The translations under genes were made by a program, and so were the position numbers. Shown here one piece after another: positions 1 through 11,500 of a stretch of DNA of 64,000 nucleotides. Under the pieces are notes generated by a model that was not told the DNA's origin, did not search any database, and was given only the letters and a program-made list of their open reading frames with translations. Within the stretch, counting starts at the first letter, position 1. Each line of letters starts with the position of its first letter. The stretch comes from a virus, in IMG/VR virus record IMGVR_UViG_3300044729_003839, positions 58,966-122,965 of that record; one strand, given 5' to 3'.

Positions 1-1
1 G

Positions 2-3000
2 GATGATAAGAACTCGGCCCTTAGGTTGACGGCTAACCCTACACCTTACCTCGAACCTGAGATTCCGACAGCCAACCGCCCATTTAAGTCATTCGCTCAG
101 TCAATACCTTGGGGTCAGTATGTAAACTCCGTAGTCGCCTTGTACATCTTCAAGTACATGGTCAATAATTTCTCTGAAGAGAAAAAACTCAGATATAACA
201 TATCTTACTTGTTGAGTATTTACCCCACCGACGAGCAGGGTAATTTCAACGACCTAGCTTGGGACAAAATCTGGCTGGATATAAGCCAAAGGCGTCTCGG
301 ACTGCCCGAAAACTACCCCTTGATACCAGAGGTCAAAGCTTATAATTTTAGAGATGCGATTGTAAACAATTTTAGATCTGCTGAGCTTTGGGGGTCCGAA
401 GGGGTAATAATTGAAGAAGCTAATGCGTCACTTCCTTCAAACGCCGACTTCTCTTGGAACAAAGAATATTTCAGTGTTGGCCGTATGTTCTTCCCTTCGG
501 GAAGGCCGGACAACAAAGGACATTTTTACATAAAGACCAATCCAGACGTTAATGTATGGGAAAAATACTTCGGCCTGAGGTGGAATCTTATAAAACAAGA
601 GATAAAGGATTGGGAGTTTACTGTTCACGAATCAGAAGATACAGTAACAGACATTGAAAAAGAATTAAAACTGCCTTATGTTATTATAACTGACAATCCC
701 CAGGCTTTTACTCCCTCTTGGCCAATAGCAGCGAGTACAGATTTGCCGGTCAACGGCAACAGGATAGGGGGCGCACGCGGTATCAACACGGGGATACTGC
801 TCAAATCGACGCGAGCTTTTAGGTATCAGCCAGGCAGAATAAGTGGATTTACATACGGGGTCAAGTTAAGTGAAATTGGGGCAGGCCCAGGAACTACCCT
901 CGAGTTCGGGATTGAAAATTTCACCGACTCTTATATGTTCCGCCTCACCAACGGGGGTAATTTCTCGATTATACGGCGGTCAGTTGTCCCTCTGGATGAG
1001 ACGGTATTTTTGAGTGATGCGCGGTATGGGGAGAACACCAAAGAGGTGATAGTAGACGGGCAAGTGCAATACGAAACTACTATCGGGCAGAACATAATGA
1101 ACGGGGACCCTCTTAACGGCGAAGGTCAAACCGGTTATATTCTCGACCCAGACGCTGTAACCATGTTCAAGATCGAGTTTGGCTGGTACGGTGCTATTGG
1201 CGCGAGGTTTTATGCCTATGTGCCAGTGAGAAACGATGAGTGCAGATGGGTAACTATACATACGCTAGTAATTGAAAATCAACTCAAAAAGCCTTGCCTA
1301 GGGGATCCGTTCTTTTTCTTCACTTACAAACTAGACATACAAGACTCGAGTTCTGTGCGTCTAGAACAGTTTGTCGACAAGTTCGGTGCGTCTTATTATA
1401 TCGATGGGTATGACGATGGAACTACCTCCCCTAAAAGTATTTCGTCCGGTACCCGGTCTTTAAGCGTTAATGCTAGTGAAGTCCAGAACACTATAAGCCC
1501 GTTGGACTGGACGACTTTGACCGGGTTCAAATCGCGCAGCTTTATAACCAACTCGCAAGGGGATGAAATCCCCAATAAGAAGGAGATTTTTCCAGAAAAA
1601 ATCAATATTTTTTCTACAACGGACTGTGAAATCAAATTTATTCGACAGTCCGGATGCCCAGAGTATGCTTATAATCATCAAGAGGGGTATAGATGGCAAA
1701 TACTGCCGGAGAATAGAAGGCTGAAGGGAAAGTTTTTTATAAACCCGTTCTTCGAATTAGATTTACCTGAGCTGGAAATCTCTCAGTCCAACTCAAGTAC
1801 GCACACAGCCATAGCGTTATATAACGCTGCTTCACAAGGACAATTTAGGGATCCTACCGTTCAAAGTAACTGGGACGTTACAGGACAGCAATATCTGCGA
1901 GTATTGGCTAATGATGTTTTCGGGGTTTTTGTAGACAAGACAGCTTTCCCGACAGACTCAGCTTTGTTGCGGCTAAAAAGACCGGTAAATTATAGGTATT
2001 TATCGAGCAGGTCGGCCCTGCCAGAGCCAATAGATACGGTCAAGTTGCCATTTACTTACGCCCCCGTATCCCCCAACGAACAGGGATACGACCTTGAAAT
2101 AGACTATTTTCGTAGAGATCAGGTCCTGTTGTCTTCCGTGGACGTAAATTCTAACGAGTTCTATATATACTGGACGGGAGGACGAACTCCTGGCCCTAAT
2201 CCGGGGAATTTCGCCTCCATCCGATTTGGATTCTGCTGGCCTAATGTATCAGACGATCAAAGTCCGATCTATGCTCTGGGATCATCGGGGGACTGGGGAA
2301 TTGAGCAAGGCCCAGTGGAGTATGATGGCCAAACTTTTTACGAAGGATTGCCGTACGATTTTGTAAGCGATTTCTCTGATAACTGCCTTTATGTAGAAAC
2401 AGGCTCAGATGTGCGGTATAATACATTCGGCCTGGAAATACGAGAAGAAGACTTTTTCGCCGGAAGGTTTATGAACCTCGAGCCTGATTTCGTTCTCTCC
2501 GCTCCAGGGACTGAAGGAGGAATATGCAGAGGGCTGTTTTGTAAGGCTGGGAAAGAGATCAGAGATCAAGTAGTTATTATATCTGAATATAACGAAGACG
2601 AAGACATAACCACTTATTTTGTGTCAGATCCTAACTCGCCTTGGCCCAATCTCGAACCGAAGAATTACACCGTCACAATATCTCAAGGGGACAATAAGGT
2701 CAGCGTAGAAACCACTGGGGGTATTACCAGAAATTTAGACGGAGTAGTTCTATATCTAATACCTATTGGGGAATCTTTACCAGAAGGCATAGAAGAAGGG
2801 TTTGCTAAAGTCTCGTACAATATTATTTATATTGCAAGAATGGACCAAAAGTCTAGAGTTGTAGAGATATTGACTTCGGAGATAGCTCCTGGCGATTTGC
2901 CATTTGTCCGCGTGTTTATCCAAGGTAGGCAAGGAGCCCAGCTCGGAGGGGTATGGATAGGACAAAAGACTTCTGAAGGAATTAGGGTATCCCCATTGAC

Positions 3001-3454
3001 TCCGCACAGGTCGTCCCTGTCCATATCCGACAACGGAGTTGATAAGCACGGGGAGTGGTCTGACCCCCCTGAGGAGGACGGGGCGGTGAAAGCGGTGGCT
3101 GCCTATACCCAGGCTGGCACAGCCCCTACCTTAGACGCCTCAGAGCAAAGTCTTACTACATTTAAATCGATCAATACAAGTCCGAGAAAGTGCGGCAATT
3201 TTATAGTCCCGGGCGTGTTCACGGGCTCAGACTACCCACTACGTACATTCACCCAACCATCAATCGGTACTCCCATTGCAACTTATTACGTATCCGCCAA
3301 CAAACCCACCCAAATCGACCTTAAAAACGTGTTCTATGTAGGCGGAGAAGGTGTGTACAACAGTGTTTACTCAAACATCGCTACGTTTGTTGTGGCGAGA
3401 TCGATAGAATCCCCGGGACAAGTGCAGGTGTCTTTGAATTATATAGAAAGTTGA
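2..3454 (+). CDS. Large virion structural protein, 5'-truncated by window edge
   Basis: Frame is open from base 2 (no stop before TTG at 26). Beta-rich, >1140 aa, with segments such as FRYQPGRISGFTYG and FKIEFGWYGAIGARFY resembling cyanophage virion proteins. Lies in the tail-appendage cluster. Confidence 0.6.
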   Translation, partial: DDKNSALRLTANPTPYLEPEIPTANRPFKSFAQSIPWGQYVNSVVALYIFKYMVNNFSEEKKLRYNISYLLSIYPTDEQGNFNDLAWDKIWLDISQRRLGLPENYPLIPEVKAYNFRDAIVNNFRSAELWGSEGVIIEEANASLPSNADFSWNKEYFSVGRMFFPSGRPDNKGHFYIKTNPDVNVWEKYFGLRWNLIKQEIKDWEFTVHESEDTVTDIEKELKLPYVIITDNPQAFTPSWPIAASTDLPVNGNRIGGARGINTGILLKSTRAFRYQPGRISGFTYGVKLSEIGAGPGTTLEFGIENFTDSYMFRLTNGGNFSIIRRSVVPLDETVFLSDARYGENTKEVIVDGQVQYETTIGQNIMNGDPLNGEGQTGYILDPDAVTMFKIEFGWYGAIGARFYAYVPVRNDECRWVTIHTLVIENQLKKPCLGDPFFFFTYKLDIQDSSSVRLEQFVDKFGASYYIDGYDDGTTSPKSISSGTRSLSVNASEVQNTISPLDWTTLTGFKSRSFITNSQGDEIPNKKEIFPEKINIFSTTDCEIKFIRQSGCPEYAYNHQEGYRWQILPENRRLKGKFFINPFFELDLPELEISQSNSSTHTAIALYNAASQGQFRDPTVQSNWDVTGQQYLRVLANDVFGVFVDKTAFPTDSALLRLKRPVNYRYLSSRSALPEPIDTVKLPFTYAPVSPNEQGYDLEIDYFRRDQVLLSSVDVNSNEFYIYWTGGRTPGPNPGNFASIRFGFCWPNVSDDQSPIYALGSSGDWGIEQGPVEYDGQTFYEGLPYDFVSDFSDNCLYVETGSDVRYNTFGLEIREEDFFAGRFMNLEPDFVLSAPGTEGGICRGLFCKAGKEIRDQVVIISEYNEDEDITTYFVSDPNSPWPNLEPKNYTVTISQGDNKVSVETTGGITRNLDGVVLYLIPIGESLPEGIEEGFAKVSYNIIYIARMDQKSRVVEILTSEIAPGDLPFVRVFIQGRQGAQLGGVWIGQKTSEGIRVSPLTPHRSSLSISDNGVDKHGEWSDPPEEDGAVKAVAAYTQAGTAPTLDASEQSLTTFKSINTSPRKCGNFIVPGVFTGSDYPLRTFTQPSIGTPIATYYVSANKPTQIDLKNVFYVGGEGVYNSVYSNIATFVVARSIESPGQVQVSLNYIES

Positions 3455-3458
3455 AAGC
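3450..3458 (+). promoter_or_regulatory. Putative late promoter box GTTGAAAGC
   Basis: Exact motif 20 nt before ATG 3479; contains the TGA stop of the upstream gene. Confidence 0.75.
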
Positions 3459-3478
3459 TCTTAAGATTTGAGTTTTCG

Positions 3479-6400
3479 ATGTCCGAAGGGGTTTTTAGGG
3501 GATTTGGACAATTTTCTCGCCCAGACATCGGGCTGATTTCCGACGGGTTTCAAAACCTTTCCGAAATCTTCGAGTCGGACAAGCGAAACGCGTTAAGAAA
3601 TATACTTCTAGATCCTGAATCTCTTGACCAAATTTATCAGTTATCTGAAACTATTAGTAGAGAGGATCTTAGGTCGGTCTCCGGTCTATCTTCCTTCCTG
3701 CTTTCAACCCTGCATAGAATTGATAATATATCAGGAGATCGAATCCTTGAGGAGCTTGAGGTTGACAAGCTATACGCTTCGCCTAAGTACACCTTGGGTG
3801 GTACGGGTTCCAATGCTTTAAACCGTCCGAATGTAATAATTTTTAACGGAGGCATAAAGTGCGAAGGTGCTTTTTACCGCGCTAATGTACTTTCCGAAAG
3901 TCTTTTCGAAAACCCAGAAAAAAGACTAATTTCCCTCTCGACATCCCGCTCAAGTCTTTTCAGCTCCAACTTGGACGAGGATAATCCCGGGTTCTTCAAA
4001 GACGCTTCGTATCCGGGGTCTGTCCGCGTACGCAGAAAGTCCCATGTCAATAGAATTTTTGTCCCCGAGGGTTCTTTCGTCCGGAAGTCTTCCGTCCCTG
4101 AGTCTCCCTCCCACACCCTTAAGCTCAATGTCATTAACGGGCCTGGGCAACCAGTAACACCTTTGAAATTACTGGCCACTATAAACTCCCCACTCAAGAT
4201 ATTTTGCAGACTTTCCAGGGGTAGTATAAAATTTAAATTCACTGACTCGTTAATTAATTTTTACGGGTACCAAGTGCAAGTTGTCCAGCAAAGGCCTAAT
4301 ACTGAATTTGTAGACTTTTTACAAGTAGAACCATCTTCTCAACCCTCAGGTACAAACGAGTTCACTTTAGATATAGATATCACGAGTACTGGATATCAAC
4401 AGGTATACGATTTGTACCTGTATCTTTACCTGAATCCAGAAAAAGTCAGAGGTCTAGAGTTTGAAGGTATCGATATCAGAGAAACTCCTGATAAAAAAGA
4501 CCTTGGCCTTATAGGGTTTAACAACCTCGAGGAACTTAGAGTGTCCGGAGGTTCGATGACGATCCTGCCACTCTGGTTAAAAACACTCTCTAACAAGCTC
4601 CGGGTACTCGATCTTAAAAACAGCGGAGACACTTGGAAATCAGGTCCGATGTCCTGGTTTGATATCAGGAATTCAGGGGCTGTCCCCTCATTCAATCACC
4701 CCATTTATACAGTAGTAAGCTATTTAACAATCCCCAAAAGCGGGCCGATGATAAACAGCGCCGGGGATGATTGGGCGGATGAAAAGTTTGAGAAATATAT
4801 TTTAAACGAGAGCAGGACTGCCGGGGTTGATTATCGCCAATTTACAAATTTACAAGAACTTTACCTCGGGGACAGATTCAGGGGACTTAATTCCGACTTA
4901 AGTGATGTTTTCCCCAACTTAAGGGTACTGGAATGGAACACTAAAACTCGCGGACTAACAGCCTTCATTTCCGGCCAAAAATTGCCGTCGATTAAAAACA
5001 CGGGCGGACTGACTCAGTACAACATTTCTGGTTCAGGTGCATCAGGGACAATATATGACATAGGTACATCTACAAACCCATCAGATCCGGGGTATATTTC
5101 GAATTATAGAATGACGTCTTTCAATATCTCCGGATTTTCTGACAGGCGCCATAATATTACAGGCTTTATAGGAAATCCTGCTGAGGACTGGAGTAATTGG
5201 TACTTAAATTCCACATTCATTGATATTTCTAACACCGGGACTACGATTAACATACAAAATAATACTTGGAAATCTTTGAGGGAGCTTTTAGCTGTCCAAT
5301 GTGCAAACTCGTTAAATATTTCAAACCCATCTTCTCCACTTCGTACACCGGCACTCCGATCTATTGATTTGTACGGGTCTATACTCGGGGGTCAAATGTT
5401 TTCACTAGGGGATTCTTCTACTGAAAACACTGGAGAACTGACTTCAATAGGGTTATATAATTCTCGGCAAATTACCCCTGTAGTTAAAAACGGTATTGAC
5501 TACTTTTTACCTGAAAATTTTGCACCCGAAAGGGCTTCGGGATCTCCACACAAACTACTCACACTAAGCGTACCGTCCATACAGCAACAGTTTAGATTCA
5601 GGGAAAAAGACCTTATTAACCTGAGAGAACTAACATACTTCGGGACATTTAACTCCAGATTCACTGGCAGATTTCCAACTATTTCTGCCAGGCCTAACCC
5701 AGAATTAAACACTAAAGTGCTTTCTGTAGTCACACAGTTTTCTGACTTTTACGACCTCAGGAGCCTATCTATTGCCCCTATAAACCCCCTTTTCTCTAGA
5801 GATTTAGCCTATCTGGAATGTAATGGCCAAAACGCCTCAGGAGGTGGGGCTCTATTGCCATCTTTCGAGGGTGTAGTAGACTCTCAGATATCGATTGTGA
5901 TACTGGACTCTTCGTTAAGGAGTACCTATCCCTCTAATTGGTTTTTACCGCAATCCAGGGGCGCAGCGATAAGGAACAACGATTCATACACAGAAATCTC
6001 CGGCCTATCTATTTCCCGAGTAATCCAGACACCTGGAAACGCTTGGGAGGAAAAAGATAATATTTATACAATTACTGGCGCGAGCAATTTTAATACTAAA
6101 GTATTAGTGAATGATATCATTAAGGGAGCGGTAAATGGTCCGGAAATAGCCCGAGTTTTGTCCGTAAGCTCTACGGAAATTATTATAGACAGAGATATAC
6201 CTAACACTTTGCCGTCAACTTTATACTTTTTTAGAAATACTGTCGACATAACAAATTGGTTCTCCTCTGGTTTTTCAAAATTAGTAACTTTCCGGGCCAA
6301 GAATTGTAGGCTTTCGGGATCCTTGAATATTTTGCCTGGGTTTAGCAGTGTCGTTTTTCTAGACTTATCCGAAAACAACATAACGTCCTATGTCCCCGGT

Positions 6401-7000
6401 TGTTTATTCAAAGTATTCCTAGGAAACTCCAGGAACATCACTGTTAATCTGTCCTACAACAATTTGTCCATAGAAGCCATAAGGGCTATTATATCAGATG
6501 TTATACAAATAGATTTGATAGGCAGATTTAGAAATTGTTTTGTGAGAGTAGGATTTAATAAACTAGATTCTGACGGAAAATATATAAACTACTCACAGTC
6601 TGAAATATTCCCCACCCAAGTGCGCAAGGGAGGAGACATCATAACTTCACTGTTTAGAGACGAAGAGTTTTATGTATATGAAACAGTTAATCAATTCGAC
6701 GAGAACGGTAATCAGGTGCAAGTGGAGAATATTGTTGGGACACGTATTGTTCAGATTCCGGGGGAACTAATTCAAGGTGTATACTATAAAACAAGAATTA
6801 ACGAGACTCAGGTTACAGTCGAAAGCGCACAAGCCATAGCGTTCAAAAATCTCTTTGGAGTAAGAGTAGACCTAGGATTTGCTTACATCTCTCCAGTAAC
6901 TACCCCTATAATCACTTTAGTGCGTTACGAAGACGTAACCACCAGGTACCAATCTATCATCGATGCCGGATTAGACCCGGAAGATTTGGTAAACCCCTAA
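3479..7000 (+). CDS. Leucine-rich-repeat-containing virion/tail-appendage protein
   Basis: Multiple LxxLxLxxN units (FNNLEELRVSGG, LRVLDLKNS, FTNLQELYLG, VVFLDLSENNI, VNLSYNNLS) and an N-terminal GL..NLSE..ALRN fibre-type motif. Confidence 0.65.
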   Translation: MSEGVFRGFGQFSRPDIGLISDGFQNLSEIFESDKRNALRNILLDPESLDQIYQLSETISREDLRSVSGLSSFLLSTLHRIDNISGDRILEELEVDKLYASPKYTLGGTGSNALNRPNVIIFNGGIKCEGAFYRANVLSESLFENPEKRLISLSTSRSSLFSSNLDEDNPGFFKDASYPGSVRVRRKSHVNRIFVPEGSFVRKSSVPESPSHTLKLNVINGPGQPVTPLKLLATINSPLKIFCRLSRGSIKFKFTDSLINFYGYQVQVVQQRPNTEFVDFLQVEPSSQPSGTNEFTLDIDITSTGYQQVYDLYLYLYLNPEKVRGLEFEGIDIRETPDKKDLGLIGFNNLEELRVSGGSMTILPLWLKTLSNKLRVLDLKNSGDTWKSGPMSWFDIRNSGAVPSFNHPIYTVVSYLTIPKSGPMINSAGDDWADEKFEKYILNESRTAGVDYRQFTNLQELYLGDRFRGLNSDLSDVFPNLRVLEWNTKTRGLTAFISGQKLPSIKNTGGLTQYNISGSGASGTIYDIGTSTNPSDPGYISNYRMTSFNISGFSDRRHNITGFIGNPAEDWSNWYLNSTFIDISNTGTTINIQNNTWKSLRELLAVQCANSLNISNPSSPLRTPALRSIDLYGSILGGQMFSLGDSSTENTGELTSIGLYNSRQITPVVKNGIDYFLPENFAPERASGSPHKLLTLSVPSIQQQFRFREKDLINLRELTYFGTFNSRFTGRFPTISARPNPELNTKVLSVVTQFSDFYDLRSLSIAPINPLFSRDLAYLECNGQNASGGGALLPSFEGVVDSQISIVILDSSLRSTYPSNWFLPQSRGAAIRNNDSYTEISGLSISRVIQTPGNAWEEKDNIYTITGASNFNTKVLVNDIIKGAVNGPEIARVLSVSSTEIIIDRDIPNTLPSTLYFFRNTVDITNWFSSGFSKLVTFRAKNCRLSGSLNILPGFSSVVFLDLSENNITSYVPGCLFKVFLGNSRNITVNLSYNNLSIEAIRAIISDVIQIDLIGRFRNCFVRVGFNKLDSDGKYINYSQSEIFPTQVRKGGDIITSLFRDEEFYVYETVNQFDENGNQVQVENIVGTRIVQIPGELIQGVYYKTRINETQVTVESAQAIAFKNLFGVRVDLGFAYISPVTTPIITLVRYEDVTTRYQSIIDAGLDPEDLVNP

Positions 7001-7002
7001 AA

Positions 7003-8538
7003 ATGTCAGGACTTTACACTAGATTTAATCTCTCCGAGCAGGGAATTAATGCCACTGATGCAGTACAAAAACTGTACTCACCCTCTGTGCAAGACGATAT
7101 TAACTTATTCGCTTTCTCAAGCAAACTAAAGTCTTTTATTCAGTCTCCAGAGAACATTACAGGATTCGTAAATGAGTCTTTCTTACAAAGTAGGAGAACT
7201 AAATTTGTCACAGAGGATTTTACTTTTTCTGATGGCAATAATGTCTGGTTTGATTACGCTGGAAATTTCCCAGTAGTATTCTCGAGTAACGGATCTTTGG
7301 CAGATATCGAGGTAATAGGTAATGGGTCGGGGTACAAGGTCACTAATTCTTTCGGAGCAGAACCAGCATACCCTTATCAACTAAACGTGAGGGCGATAGG
7401 TCTTGAATCAGAGTCTAGAGACGCAGTTATTCAAATAACTGTTGAATCAGATGGCAGAATATCGTCCTCGGCAGAAGTAGTGTCACCCGGGTCTAAGTAC
7501 AAGGTAGGAGAGATCTTGGAGATAATACCCTCTTGCAACGAGGGAGAGACACCCACCCTTAACAAGTGCGTAAACTATAATAATGAGTATGTTTTAAAGG
7601 ATAGTCCTGGCGGCCACGCTGCCCTCTTACTGTCCAAACAGTATACATATACTGTAAAGTCATCTGCCCGGGGAGGCTTTTTCCTATACGATGATAGGAA
7701 AGAGGAGTGGGTAAATTTAGGGTCGGAGTTCGATTCTTTCAGATCCTCGGACTCGTATCCGGTTAGAATTGACAGATCAGATACCCTTAATTCTAAAAAT
7801 CTCTCTAACTTATTCGGTTTTAACTTTACCTCTTACATTTTCAGTTATAGCAGTTCAACCCAAGAGGATGCGTATAGAGCTTCTGAAACCTTGAGCGAAG
7901 ACTTGCAAGAAATATCAGACAGAGTAGAATCTGTTAAGTCCGGATTTTCAGATTATATACAAAACTCCAGAACCCCCAGGTCTGAGGAGGATGAGGACGA
8001 AGGCTTAAGCATAAGATACAATATTTTTACGGGTCAAGACCTGATTACCAATAGTAGGGTAATATTCCGGGATCCTGACAACTCGTTAGAGGTTGTGGAT
8101 TACAGTGATTTGTCCACTTTGTCCGGCCCGAAAGACTACAAGTTAGGGGATATTACTGTCCCGGGGATCTGGGTCCGAGACGAAGATCGCTATTCGCGAA
8201 TTTTTAGCAATGACAACAAGCCTTTTGTAAATCTTTTAGGAAAGCTTTACTTGAATCCGAGGATATATAATCCCGATGGCGAGGAGGCTACATTATTCAA
8301 GTATAGCATAAGCGCATCAGCTTATAATGCTTCAGGGGACTCCAGTCTTGGATTCAATACTACAGTAGGCACCCTTGTTCAGAATATATCTCAAGACGCA
8401 GACAACGGAGGTTTTGTATATTACCGGACACTGGTTCCAATTACGTTAAACCAGCAAATAAACTTAAAGTCCTGGCCTTTGTTATCGTATAAAAACTCTC
8501 TTGGGCAGACAAAAGAAGCAATGTTTTTGGCTGTTTAA
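7003..8538 (+). CDS. Putative tail-appendage structural protein
   Basis: 511 aa starting 2 nt after the LRR gene. GL..NLSE N-terminus and GSGY/PGSKYKVGE beta-turn repeats typical of cyanophage structural proteins. Confidence 0.55.
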   Translation: MSGLYTRFNLSEQGINATDAVQKLYSPSVQDDINLFAFSSKLKSFIQSPENITGFVNESFLQSRRTKFVTEDFTFSDGNNVWFDYAGNFPVVFSSNGSLADIEVIGNGSGYKVTNSFGAEPAYPYQLNVRAIGLESESRDAVIQITVESDGRISSSAEVVSPGSKYKVGEILEIIPSCNEGETPTLNKCVNYNNEYVLKDSPGGHAALLLSKQYTYTVKSSARGGFFLYDDRKEEWVNLGSEFDSFRSSDSYPVRIDRSDTLNSKNLSNLFGFNFTSYIFSYSSSTQEDAYRASETLSEDLQEISDRVESVKSGFSDYIQNSRTPRSEEDEDEGLSIRYNIFTGQDLITNSRVIFRDPDNSLEVVDYSDLSTLSGPKDYKLGDITVPGIWVRDEDRYSRIFSNDNKPFVNLLGKLYLNPRIYNPDGEEATLFKYSISASAYNASGDSSLGFNTTVGTLVQNISQDADNGGFVYYRTLVPITLNQQINLKSWPLLSYKNSLGQTKEAMFLAV

Positions 8539-11500
8539 TTAGGCAAGTTTACGAACAAATAGTAAGTGTCAGAGACTTGCTCACCGTTCCCCAGATAGGT
8601 TAAGACATCCTCGTCATGGTCCTCTGCTTCCAGAGGCATATCTACTCTGAACTTATGGGAGTAAAGAGAGAAACTGAAATCAACTGGTGTTATAATGGGT
8701 TCTACAGCGTCTTTACCTCTGAATTCTAGACTTCTACTCAGGGTTAAAGTCTTACCTCCCAATCCGGCCTTGGTCGGGTCGCCCCAAAACACGTCATACC
8801 AACCCGCTGGCGCGTCGTAAAGATCGTCATCCTCAATCGCTGTATCCTTTAACAAAGGATCGGACACTATGTAAGGCGGGTAGCATATCCCGGATATGCC
8901 ATCAAATCCAAACGGGGTTACACGTTCCGAAAGAGCCTGTGGAATCTCACTTTGAAACGGTATTAAGTTATCGTCGTTGTCATAAGTCAACTTAATGACA
9001 TCGGAGAAACAAATAGATTCCCCTGTATCTACAAGTGTATTCTGAAACTCTCTGCTATTACTTGTATAGAACCTGATGAACTTGCCGCTGAACTGCGAGA
9101 CTTCAGAACCCCCCGGCAATAGGGAGGGCAGAAGTACAGAGAACGAGATTACTGTAAACCCGGATACTTCTACTTTTTCTAAAAGTATTGGTAGTACGGC
9201 TGGAAACTTCTTTACGCTAGAGCCTTCAAAGTCCGAGTTATCGCACACCTGAACAGCAGATATCGATATAGGAGAAAGCCATTCGTTTGAGGAGAAGTCG
9301 GGGAGTCCATATAGCTCAGGGTCGTCGTCAGAAGTAACGGACGCAGAATCTACAGACAAGAAATATTTACCCTGAAGTTCTTCCGGCCCAGTAGTCCAAA
9401 GATATATCTGAGCCACTTCAGGGGTTACTTTACCAAACGCGGAAGTCTTGTGATTGGGGTCCCCGCCAAGCTCGTTCTCGCCTAGCAGGCCCGGGTCGTC
9501 GAATACAGAATTATTGAGGGGGAAAGAGTCAGCGATAAATCTGCCGCCTTCTCCAAATCTATCCGAACTCAAAGAGATCCCGATATAATTACTCCCATTA
9601 GGTGAAGATTCTTCATACTTTGACTCTCCCGCTATAATATTAGGTCTTTGAGTATAGTTATTATCTCCGTCTCCGTACAATCCGAATCCGTCTGCTCCCG
9701 AGCTAAACTCGTCTTTAAATATATTGGATGCGAATCCGTCAAAAGGTGTGTTACTGGGAGAAAGGGCTAAGCTCCTGTCATACGGATGACCTTGGGAGAC
9801 TTTCCACCAACTCGGCCTGAAATCAAAAGGTATTTTTTGCTGGTTCGGGGTAAAATCTCCACTTACCAAATCCGAGTAAGACGTTCTCCCTTCCCCCGGT
9901 GAAGCTATTCTTCCCCTCCACAGCGGCTCGAGATTATCTTCAAATTCCCCGCTCAAGACGGGAAAAATCCTCAACTTATATTCGCCTTCTTCCAGTTCCG
10001 GGTCGGTTATAACTCCAATTTCACTAATCTCCACAACTATCGGATCACCCAAGGCCTGGCCGTCTTTCTCAACAAGCTCGTAACTGACAGATGCGTACTC
10101 ATCCCCAACTGGGATCAGTATACTGACTAAATCATCAGAAAATATGGCAAATTCTCCCGGACTAAGTTCCTCCAACTCTATGTCTATCAGCTCGCTGTAA
10201 AAATTAACTGGATCTTGAAGTTTTGTAGTTTTTAGGAAAATGTTGGGCTCGGTGGGCACTATGACAGACGGTTCGGACCTGTCAGTCCCCCCAACATACA
10301 TGCGGATAGTAATAGGCATATAAGCTTCCCACTCCGTACTCGAGTAGAAATACTTAAACTTATTATCTATACTGTTTACATCAAAAGAGGTAGCAGAAAA
10401 GTACTTAGAATTTTCCGAACTCGGCACACCTGAGCTAAAAACTTCAGTCCATTCGTCCAGATAAACATCAATTTTTACGAGACAATTCGTTTCTACTTGA
10501 AAAGAATATATTCCTGGAGTGATATAAAGATATCCGTCCCATCTAATTCCCCAGTCTCCCGTTTCAAATCTTAGTGGGTTCGGGGGTGATTCCCACCTCA
10601 TGTTTGAGTCTTGAACAATAACTTCCCCCGTAGGAGCCCCTATTTGACGTATTTCTTCAGCGCTCCAGCGACTTTCAATAACCGCCTTAGAATACCAGTA
10701 ACCTCTTTCGACAACAGGATCGCCAGAGGGTTTTCTGATCAAATTCTCGACTGTATCCGGAATACCGGTACTGGGAGACTCAGAGAACCACGGGGGCGGA
10801 TTAATACTGGAATAACCTCTGCCCAACCTAAAAGGCCTTTGGGAAAATCTTAAACTTCCGAGTATACTCCTTATGCTAGTAAGACTACTAAAGCCTTCTT
10901 CTACACTCCATCCGTCCTCACTATCCACCCTCAAGTAGATACCTGTACCAGACAAATCAGCCTTAGATCCGTTCTCTAACTCATACCACTCTACAAGTAG
11001 AATAACATACCTTCTGCCTGACAAAATTTCTTCGTCAGTAAGATCGGTGACCCCGTCTACGCCTTTAAGTTCGTTTACTGTAATCTCTCCGGTTACAGTA
11101 TTAAAATCGAATTTTAAAAAGCCTATTACTTGGCGCTTTGCTACTCTGTAAAATTGAGCTGAGGGTCCCGCATGCAGGCTGTTAAAACTGTCTATACCGG
11201 AAAAAGAATCTACCTGGGAAATTCTGTCTTGGATCCTTATACGCGGATTAAGGTTTACAACCCCGTCTTGGGCTGACACCCCCAGCAAGGGGAGTAACGC
11301 GTCCCTAGTAATCCCTTCGAGTGCGAAGTCTTTTGTGACCGCCCAGTCTGACGAATCATACTGGGAATTGTAAAATTCCTGCTCTTCTACATCCCCTTCG
11401 TTAAGTTTAACGAGTGTATTATTTAAGGCTTTTCGCGGGTCAGAAACATCGGAAAGAGAATTTGATCGTTTAAGTCCTATAAAATCCGTTCTCTGCTCTC

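Noticed and set aside
3700-3708. Antisense GTTGAAAGC copy inside the LRR gene
   Set aside because: No plausible gene lies downstream on the minus strand, and about one chance copy is expected in a window this size.
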